A program made the translations under genes and the position numbers. 64,000 bases of DNA from Tubulanus polymorphus (Eukaryota > Animalia > Nemertea), in contig NC_134026.1 in assembly GCF_964204645.1 (NCBI RefSeq), positions 395,950-459,949 on the forward strand. Reading direction: 5' to 3'. The stretch's first letter is position 1; each line of letters starts with the position of its first letter. Below are positions 54,252 to 64,000 of this stretch, piece after piece. The notes under the pieces were generated by a model. That model was given only the letters and a program-made list of their open reading frames with translations, was not told where the DNA came from and did not search any database.

Positions 54252-55118
54252 CATTTTACCGTATGGTGCTGCCTCTATGCTCATCGTTAGCGGGATTTTT
54301 ATACACTAACGTTAGTCAACTCTGGCAAGCCAAGGTCACGGAGTATAAATGGACAGCACGTCGATTGCCAGAGTTGACTTTAGTTAGTGTATGAAAATCC
54401 CACTAACTATGAGAATAGCGGCAGCACTGTACGGTCGGTACACCCCTGTACATCCTTTATTCAGCATCAGGACAACTTTGAATCAGTATCAGTAATTACT
54501 GGTTTTGAACCCGGGACACCCCTGTACATCCACTATTCAGCATCAGTACCACTCTGAACCAGTATCAGTTGTGTTCGAACCTGGGACACGGCTCGGGCAA
54601 TGGATAATGACAAAAAAAACTTTGTTTTTGAAACTTTTTCAAAATGGAAACGTCATGATTTTGACAGGATTACAGTAAAGGTTGGAAGAATTGGGCAATG
54701 AATATATAATCATCAAAAGAGCAAAGTATAAGCCTACAGCACAGAGCGCAAAGAGATCTAAACTCGACGATTATAAATGTGACCCTGATAAGAGCAAGGG
54801 ACTTGATCCACTGAACGCGGTCGTTCCGATAATAATCGAGACCAAAGTGTGAGACCTACAATGTATAAAATACATATATGTGACAAATGACAACAGTAAA
54901 CCGGATACAATGAATTCAATGACTAATACGCAATAAACAACAAGTTGGACATGTGTTTGAGAGTAGGACTACGCACGATCAAAAGTACATGATCATATCA
55001 ATAATTCATAAAGATTATTGACTTTTTCGTTTTCGAGTACTGTCCCGTATAAAGGTCTAAGCTAAATTGTGTATCTAACGAGGTACTTACGTACTATAAA
55101 GCTGTTTGAAGGAGAAAT

Positions 55119-57925
55119 ATGGCTTCCCCAGGACTGGAGTCATTTTGTTGCTTGCTCAATTTCACTGAACTTTACCGAAAAGGATATATTTATGATCCAA
55201 CTGATCACGATAACGATAATGATACGAGTAGCGTTCTCGATGATCCAGCTTACAACGGATTCTGTATAGGCTCATCTGCTATCAGTATTATCGGAACTCT
55301 ATTGCTGTTTCCGTGGAGGGAACATAATAAAAACCCTACAAAATTACAATTCAGTCATGAAATCAGCGGAAAATTGGATACTCTTTCAAATGGATACCTG
55401 AATGGAATTATATTTTGGTTGGTTATAACAGATTTATCGGCTTGTACAGGTGACGTTGCACTAAATGGTCGTTGCTTTTTGAACTGAATCTACTTAAAGT
55501 CTGAAATTCAAACAGAAATTGAAGAAGTTTTAGAATGCATGCAGCCCTAATATGGGAGCTAATCTAATCAATCATCTCTTTGGTGGCATTTTAATTATTT
55601 GATCGCATGATCGCGCGACTCTCACGAATCATTTTAGAGTCCATCCAGGAGTTATATCCATTGAGGTCCTGATACTGAATGAGATAAATGCGATTAAAAT
55701 GATGGATTTGTTTTGTAGCTCTGTTGATCCGTGCATGTGTTTGGTTAACGGATTATGACCCTCTTAGTAACGCGCTATTAAGTCAACATCGAGTTGATTT
55801 TGCTCACATGTTTTGTGTTTTCTCAACAGTAAGTTTTTTTGAACTTATGTAATCATTTCAATCCTAGCAAAGGGACTCGATCACACATCAGCTGGAAATG
55901 CAAAATCACCAAAGCTCCACGTCAACTTTTGATTTTGGATCCCGGGGCTCCTTTCACCAAGATGTACCACTAGGATCGTAGAGCAACGGAGATCACTGTG
56001 GAGACGACCAGGACTGGGTGAAGGGGTTACTGGAGTCCATACATGGAGCAGTCGTACAATACTTTCGTTTACATTTTTCAGGCGATTATTCAGTTTTCTT
56101 ATATTTGCACCTATCTGTGGACTATGTGTTATGCAGTAGAAGTTACACTGGTTTTGCGTGGTTATAAAATGTACGTACTTGATATACCGGTGTTTCATAA
56201 ATTAAAGTCCGATTCTAAATTCATGATTGGTAAATCCATGATTTTGCCATCCTATTTTTCAGTAAAAAGTCTGTGTATCATCTGGCAGTTTGGATAATGT
56301 CTGGTTTATTGTGTGTAGGTGGTTTGGTACCATTATATACACCATCTTTATTAGAGTAAGTGCTCGTAATGGGGGGGGGGGGGGTGGGCAAGATATGAAA
56401 TCCTCATTAGATCTCCAGGTGGAATAATGTTTAGACTCTGATGGAATGATTCGTGTTTGAAAACTAGAAAAGCAAATGTTTATATGGGAATATTGTAGGT
56501 TAACTGCATTATTTTTTTCAGGTGTCACGATGATAAAAAGAATATAATTCCACATTTTCTCTCCTCATATTTACCAATGACCGCTGTTATGATCGTCAAT
56601 CCAGTTCTGTACATCTACAATCTATGGTCAGGTAATAAACCCATTATGAAGCAGAATAGAATTAATGAATAAATCAAGAAATTATAATATTTCCGAGTTG
56701 AATAATTTCCCCTCCCCATTGAAGTAATTGAACTGAATTTAAACCTTGTGTGGGGCTTGTTCATGTCATGATCAATTAATCAACATCTCATCAGTAATGA
56801 AGGAGGCTCTCACACCTGTGGTCGCATCCTCGTCGATACAGTTTTGAGAAAGACAGAGACCTTTCTCGGGTTCTCGTTGGTTAGTAAATTAGTTAAAGTT
56901 CCCTTTTTTGCAATGATAAAACCAGTCTCCGGTCGTTTCTGAATCTCTGACAGCAAATCAATAAGAGACGAATACATAAATCTGTTGTTTTACAATACAA
57001 ACAAAAACTGTATTTATTTCATCAAATCACGACAAACAGTTGCTTATGCCTCATCCTTCCTCCTCCCTCCCTCCTCATCCTCCCTCCCTCCTCCCCTCCC
57101 TCCCTCCTCATCCTCCCTCCCTCCTCCCTCCCTCCTCATCGCGATAAAAACATCTAATTCATTCAATAAACATGTTTTATTTTCAGTGAAAGAAATAATG
57201 AGTAAACGCTTTGGGCGATACACGAACCAAGAGAGAAAAATGGTCAACAAATTGCGAGGGAAATTTTTCTTCATTACTCTTGTTTTCTACATTTGGTAAT
57301 TAAAGATTTAATTTCAGAAACACTGACATCGATTGATTGCTTGCTGCTGATTATTAAGTGAGAAATATCATCGTTATATTTTCAGCTGGTTGCCAAACAT
57401 AGTGAACGGTATTCTACTCATATTTCGAAAAGATATCGATCGTAGAGTTTTCAGAAATTTGTGGGTCGCTATGGTAGGTTTTCAATTTAACAGCTTTTAA
57501 TTCAAAATATGTTCTACAAATATTCATTTAGTCTTTGTAACTCAATAACATAGTAACTCAGTAACATAGACTCAGTAGCATTTCAGTGAAATCCAATTCA
57601 TGTCACATCTGAATTCACACCTCATTTCTCTAATTAACTGTTATTTCTATTTCTCTTTAACATTTCTACAAATCTATCTTGTAAGCAAACAAATTAAATC
57701 ATTCAATCTTCAATTCTACTTTCATCTCCGCAGGCCGCCCTAAATCCACTGCAGGCCTTGTTAAACACAATATTCTACGGACAATACAAAAGAGTAATAG
57801 AATTATATGACGAATTGAAGATGAAATTAACATGTGAACCACTGCAGAATGATGTCGATGATTATAGCTATCAGTATATATCTAGAAGTGCTAATGAATC
57901 TTCTAGATTGTTACAATACAGATGA
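55119..57925 (+). CDS. GPR143: G-protein coupled receptor 143 (ocular albinism 1 homolog), multi-exon
   Basis: MASPGLESFCC (cf. human MASPRLGTFCC); TDLSACTALLIRACVWL; WTMCYAVE; YHLAVW; IPHFLSSYLP...NPVLY; GRYTNQERKM...KFFFITLVFYICWLPNIVN; MAALNPLQALLNTIFYG; stop TGA at 57923-57925. Confidence 0.92.
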
Positions 57926-58073
57926 AGCCATGAGGAGAGACATTAAAGAAATGAATGTATCTTGATACATTACGCGGTTCTAGTTAAATGCTACGCAATG
58001 TTAGAAATCTACAGCCTGGAATCACACCTTCAGACATTCATTACTATGTGTGAATGATTACTTTTTGAGTGCA

Positions 58074-58380
58074 CCGGGCTGCAGTTGCTCAATTTGTTTA
58101 CAGTTAACCAGTGGATAGTTGACATGGTGACAATTAAAAGTTCATTGATACAATGGTAATTATCTGCTGGTTATCTTTCACCAACTTTTGAGTAATGACA
58201 GCCCCTGATGTGTAAACATCACTGGACTGGGTTTCATTGATGTGGAAGAAAATAATCCCCGAGTTTGAAATTTGTCAGTTATATCCACAGTTTCTCATTG
58301 TTATTATGGTGGTTGTAAATCAGATTGAGGATTTACCTCTAAAGATAACTTTGATACTCAGTTTATGAAACTGGGCCCTG
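58074..58380. mobile_element. Adjacent MITEs of families C and A
   Basis: 58074-58207 matches 20269-20438; 58222-58380 matches 17040-17182 and 28500-28664. Confidence 0.65.
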
Positions 58381-58835
58381 GTGTTTTTAGTATATTTTCA
58401 ATTAGATGTCTCAGGTGAAGTCCTGAAATGAAGTTATAAAGGATGGAATATCTGACAGGTGCTCGCGGTCCACGCTGCAGATTAATAACTGCATCGTAAT
58501 CTTACAGTTAAAGTATAACAAAGGGAGCAAGAATTATAGCTTTATATAAACAATTACATTCGCAATTCGAAAATCAAAACACTAAAAAATACGAAAAACA
58601 CAATAAATAACTAACAATAAATATAAAATGTGCTGTAAAATATTAAAACTGAATTGATCAGGCAGCAATGAAAGTAAGCAGCCTTTTCAAAAATCTTAAT
58701 ATATCTATATATGTATATCACATGTTGCCATTTAATGGAATCATAAAAGCTATAAATACATCATATATTTATAAATATTGATCAGAGATTCTCTATATTT
58801 AATTCTATTGAGGACGGATCAGTTGTTTTTGCGAT

Positions 58836-60354
58836 TTATTTCGATTCAGCACTTTTATATTTTTGACTCTTTCTCCAAACGTCGGCGTGATCGACGGCCA
58901 ATATTTCCTGTTTTGGAGAACTTCCTCTCAGCGTTAAATCACGCACGGCCCACGTCAACGACGACTCATCAGCGTCGATGGAATCCAGAGAGCCACCTAT
59001 TGGTGGTAACGGCTGTTTGATGGGATGAACTTTGACTTTCACTTCGGGTGTAACATCTCGTTTTTGGAATAGAAACGGCGCGGATAGCGCTGAGTCTTTA
59101 GAACTCGTGAATTCTCTGGAACTTGCGAGTTCTGAAGAACTCGAGAGTTCCGAATCGACGGATGCAGAATTTGGTCGACGTTTTTCCGGTGGAATAGTGA
59201 TAACGTTGCGTTTAAGATTGAGTCTCCTACGCGATGCTGATCCGGAGGGGAGTGAATCTTTAGGCGGAGCTGGTTTAAGAACGACAGGCTGGTCTGATGA
59301 TGGCGATGATCTATGATCTTTTTTCGCGTGAAGCTGATGAGTTAGAACCGCTATATTATTACTCTTACACTCCAGTTCCGATTGTAAACCGCGAACTTTA
59401 TTTTTCAGTAATTGTTTTTCGTCTGAATGTTTTTTCTCTTGCGCCCGTAATTGTTGTTCTAGCATCGAAAGCTTTTTCGACTTTTTCGAAAGTTCGTCTT
59501 TAATTTCGCCCATTTCTGACGTTTGCGACTTCAGTTGATTCTCTAAAGTCTCGGCCTTTTTTCTGAACACTTCTTCGTCGGGTGATATAACATCCTGCAT
59601 CGCCATCTGGAATGCAAGATCTGCAAAAAGATAGATTATCATGACACGTAAGTATCTGAGCATCCAATTTGCAAACATTTACCAGGTTACGGCCCCGGAG
59701 ACCTCTATTCAGTTTCACCCAAATTAAAAAGATAAGGACTCCGCTGCAGGTCTGAAGTCACGTTTTCTGACCATACCCCGAGTAGAACCGCCACAAGCCT
59801 CTATTGATTAATTGGTGTTATGTAAGTAAACAGTATTAGTAATTACTATCAGATAATTGATAAATCAATACTAGAATCGTTACATCCACGTGTGAACGCA
59901 CACTTCATGAGTTTTATTTACCACAATCTCTGCGATTTGGGTTACATTACTGTTAATAGGAGTGGACCACAACCTCCCACTGATTTAATACTCAATTAGC
60001 ACCACGAGTTTCAGTTCAAAGGTGTGAAATTCCTAGCATAAGCTACCTGTGCATTTGTTGGATAAAACAAATTCCCCAAAATGATTAATTCAGGCAATTT
60101 CATCTACTATAGGTAATATATTCATCTAGATGTCTCTACCACTTATCTATCTTGATCATAAAATTTCGAACTCCTAAAAGAGAGCTTATCATAAATCATT
60201 TAGAAAACATCAACACACTCCTCTTACCAGCATTTTTCTTCTGTAGTTTTTGTATTTCTTCGTGTAAAGCTTTCAGCGTGTCTGCGTGCTGTTGACGCAA
60301 GTAGAAAACTTGGCCTTCTAGATTCTGTTCTCTCATACCCGCCGGGGCAGCCAT
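58836..60354 (-). CDS. CCDC92: Coiled-coil domain-containing protein 92-like, two coding exons
   Basis: Exons 60354-60228 and 59620-58836; LEGQVFYLRQQHADTLKALHEEIQKLQKKNADLAFQM (CCDC92/74 N-terminal domain), coiled coil ELECKSNNIAVLTHQLH, C-terminal PLPPI and EILAVDH motifs. Confidence 0.82.
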
Positions 60355-60814
60355 TCTCTTATACTCAATTCTAGTTGCTGTTAAAAGGATGCTACGAGTG
60401 TGTACTCTTGGAATCCATGCGCTGAAAATTAAAAAAAGAAGGCCAAATTCATTAAATTCAATCATTCCAAGTCATGATAATTTAATCATTTGACTCCAGA
60501 GTCCAGTTCCCTCCTCATATTCGACAAACACATGGTGAGTTCAAGGACACTTATTTACCTCAGCTGTTAAGATCCATTGTCCTGGAGTCTTTGTTTTACA
60601 CGCACTCTCCTCACAGAAAGTGACAGCTCTGGTATTTGACAGCAGTAGGTTATCAGCCGGTGTAATTCGATACAGATTCAAGATGGCGTCTGTACAAGAG
60701 GGCGCCACAAAACGATAGCACAAACGTGCGGTACCAGGAGTGCTCCGTCCAGGTTTCCGGGATCGCCGGAACTGCAAGGTATCGTGGGTATCCTCGATAT
60801 TATGGTTATCGGAG

Positions 60815-61253
60815 GCTCACGGGCTGTGAGACGGGTATCCTCGGTATCGTTGGTATCGTAGGTAACCTGGAGTCTCACAGGCCGTGAGACGGGTATCCTC
60901 GGTATCGTTGGTATCGTAGGTAACCTGGAGTCTCACAGGCCGTGAGACGGGTATCCTCGGTATCGTTGGTATCGTAGGTAACCTGGAGTCTAACAGGCCG
61001 TGAGACGGGTATCCTCGGTATCGTTGGTATCGTAGGTAACCTGGAGTCTCACAGGCCGTGAGACGGGTATCCTCGGTATCGTTGGTATCGTAGGTAACCT
61101 GGAGTCTCACAGGCCGTGACACGGGTATCCTCGGTATCGTTGGTATCGTAGGTAACCTGGAGTCTCACAGGCCGTGAGACGGGTATCCTCGGTATCGTTG
61201 GTATCGTAGGTAACCTGGAGTCTCACAGGCCGTGAGACGGGTATCCTCGGTAT
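60815..61253. repeat. 58-bp GC-rich minisatellite, ~7 copies
   Basis: GTGAGACGGGTATCCTCGGTATCGTTGGTATCGTAGGTAACCTGGAGTCTCACAGGCC. Confidence 0.95.
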
Positions 61254-61859
61254 CTAGGTAATGACAGAGTAAGGATATAATAATTACTATTATGATTATT
61301 ATTATTATTATAACTACATATATGTGTGAAGTAACACAGAACACTGGCCAGTCTATATAAGGTACGGGGTACTTGATCGTTTATCAGTGCCGCCAGTGTT
61401 TTATCAGTAACTATATAAGCACGTGTACTCTGATTTATCACTCTCTCTCTCTCTCATCTGGATCCCCAAATAAACTCAACGTATATAATCTACACTCTTG
61501 CGTTCAGTCATTTCGTTACATCTGAGCTGGAACCCGGTATCAACATGGATGACTCTGACCGGGTTTGATCAGGCAAATCGGGTTCGAATCTGGGACAAAT
61601 CTGCCTATCAAATATGCAAATCGGGTTCGAATCTGGGACAATCCTGCCTATCAAATGCACCTATTAGATGATGAATGCAGCACACCCTGTCACTCAGAGG
61701 GTATCCCGGGTTCGGAACTCGGTCTATTGACCGAGTTCCGAACCCGGGATACCCTCTTTTAATATCTAACAGTACCCAGTTCACTCAGAATCAGTACCAA
61801 TAGACCGGACTCGAGCCCAGGAATCCCCCGTTTATCATATATTCAATATCATGGTCACT

Positions 61860-62465
61860 CAGAATCAGTAAATAGACACCTGTACATCCTCTATTCTGCA
61901 TCAGGACACTAGTGAACCAATCAGTAATTACATTTAAGATATCAACATTTTACCGTACGGTGCTGCCTCTATGCTCATCGTCAGTGGGATTTTTATACAC
62001 TAACGTTAGTCAACTCTGGCAAGCTAGGGTTACGGAGTATAACTGGACAGCACGTCGAGTTGACTTTAGTTAGTGTATGAAAACCCCGCTAACGATGAGT
62101 ATAGCGGCAGCACCGTACGGTCGAGACAACCCTGTACATCCTTTATTCAGCATCAGGACAACTCTGAATCAGTAATTACTAGGTTCGAACCCGGGATGCC
62201 CCTGTACATCACCTATTCAGCATCAGGACCACTCTGGATCCGTGTCAGTAATTACTGGGTTCGAACCCGGGACGCACCTATACATCCTCTATTCAGCATC
62301 AGGATCACGATGAATCAGTACCAGTAATTACTGGGTTCGAACTCGGGACACCCCTGTACATCCTCTATACAGCATCAGGAACACTCCGAATCATTATCAG
62401 TAATAACTGGGTTTGAACCTGGGACACCCCTCAACATCCTCTATTTCGGCATCAGAAGTAATTAC
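61860..62465. repeat. Dispersed, more diverged copy of the composite satellite unit
   Basis: Same hairpin (start 61953, small deletion in right arm) flanked by 75-bp subrepeats. Confidence 0.9.
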
Positions 62466-63790
62466 CTGTGCTACCCATTTTCGGTATTTCACTAATGATG
62501 GAATCAGTGTCCACTGCAGATTGATGCTGTTATATGAAATTCTTTAAGACCGATGGGATCCTAATAATTAAGTAATTAGTCTCATTACTTAATTTAACTT
62601 TAAAAGTCGGCGAGTTGCAGTAAAAGGTAGCTCATGCAGGTTTTAATCTGCTGCCTGCCGTACCACAGACCTTGAATAGCAGACACATCTGAAAGGGATC
62701 GGTGTCGAGGTGTGTTTGAAGAGTGAGGTAGTAAGTGACAGTAGCAAAGTCTAAACGGGCGTCTCAATGGTATGGGTTGGTACTGGAGCATCCTCAGATG
62801 GCAGTGCCAGACTGCAGATCGGTACATGCATTAAGGTAACTTTGGAGTAATTCAAAGTTGTAAAAAAAAGTCTCTACCACATTGAGAGTCTGGTTTGAAA
62901 TTCTCATTGAACAATGGAACCTTCCTGTTAAACACGAATCGTAAGGGCAAAAGTGAAATTGTCGTACATGTAATAACCAGGTTTCATATTATCCAAATCT
63001 GGATTGATATAGATATTTTAGCTGGGACAAGCTACAAACAGAATCGTATTAATGAGGTTCAACTGTACTCTAATTTCATTTAATTCACTTCCGGAGCAAA
63101 AATAATCCATGTACAATAGACTTCTAACTGGAATCAATTAAGACAAGGTGATAGTTCTAGTCACCTGTAGACAATAGAACTTCAATGCAATAGTTCAATG
63201 TGTTTATGTCTAGGTTGGTGTAAGCTTGGAGAATGATTACTCCAATATGTAAGTAACTAGACTTGAAATTAGTCGAATGAAACACTCTAATCCGTGTCTT
63301 AAGGATTAGAGAGTCTTAATTAAGACTTGATAAGAAATGATTCTAGTTAAGGGAGTCCACCGTACATTATATGAAGAAAAAGCAACACATATAATTTGTA
63401 GCGAACCACTGACCACTAGTGATACTGATGTTAAAACAACTAGTGGTTAGTAGTTCAATATGTATTGATAAACAATAGTTCAACCAATAATCGAACACCA
63501 TAAAATCAATGTAAAATAAAATCAATAAGCAAACCAACATCCTCAGAATGAGATAGAACACAACAACTATCATTTAAAAGAAATGACTATGAACGCAGTC
63601 ACAAGTACAAAATCTCCACATATACAGCACATACAACTATATTTCAGAAATCATTCAGCAAATCAGTAATTAAAAACCCACAATCAGATTCAACAACAAA
63701 CCAGCCAATCAAACCATCAATTCATATTTATTTTTTAATAGATGTACAATGTGTATTTACATTCAACCTATACTGAAGCTATCAGCCTCA

Positions 63791-64000
63791 GAGAAATTGG
63801 TCGGCATCTCTGGAACCACGATAACTCGCGGTAACAAACACTGAAAGTCCCGATTTGACGGAGAAATTGGTCGGCATCTCTGGAACCACGATAACTCGCG
63901 GTAACAAACACTGAAAGTCCCGATTTGACGGAGAAATTGGTCGGCATCTCTGGAACTACGATAACTCGCGGAAACAAACACTGAAAGTCCCGATTTGACG
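63791..64000. repeat. 70-bp tandem repeat running off the window end
   Basis: GAGAAATTGGTCGGCATCTCTGGAACCACGATAACTCGCGGTAACAAACACTGAAAGTCCCGATTTGACG x3. Confidence 0.95.

Larger units (their letters stand above)
48855..54590. repeat. Composite ~492-bp satellite (176-bp hairpin MITE + ~four 75-bp subrepeats)
   Basis: Hairpins start at 48937, 49429, 49921, 50413, 51511, 52003, 52497, 52989 and 54259; the 75-bp subunit carries GGGTTCGAACCC. Confidence 0.95.

Noticed and set aside
55119-57925. TMEM116 or cAMP-receptor-like assignment
   Set aside because: The N-terminal MASPxLxxFCC and the TM5-TM7 motifs match GPR143 specifically.
62560-63600. Possible gene or retroelement remnant near the window end
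   Set aside because: Only short ORFs with no recognisable motif or consistent splice pattern; cannot be supported without a database search.

Overview
AT-rich, intron-dense animal genomic DNA, most likely a marine invertebrate (lophotrochozoan-like; this is inference). Genes reconstructed from GT-AG splice sites and protein motifs, in order: a PIWI-clade Argonaute (+, 126-8342, intact DEDH tetrad); two apparently paralogous spliced minus-strand orphan genes with short ORFs, one resembling a Piwi RG-rich N-terminus; focal adhesion kinase PTK2 (+); RAD54B (+); the head-to-head pair UFD1 (-) / CDC45 (+); a ~5.7 kb composite satellite (hairpin plus 75-bp B-box repeats) containing a duplicated CDC45 last exon and a 5'-truncated LINE; GPR143/OA1 (+); and CCDC92 (-). 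Introns and intergenic DNA hold many MITEs, SINEs and minisatellites, several anchored exactly on splice sites, plus a Penelope-type hammerhead-like motif. There is no CRISPR array, rRNA or convincing tRNA gene. Exon boundaries were read by eye and may be off by a few bases.
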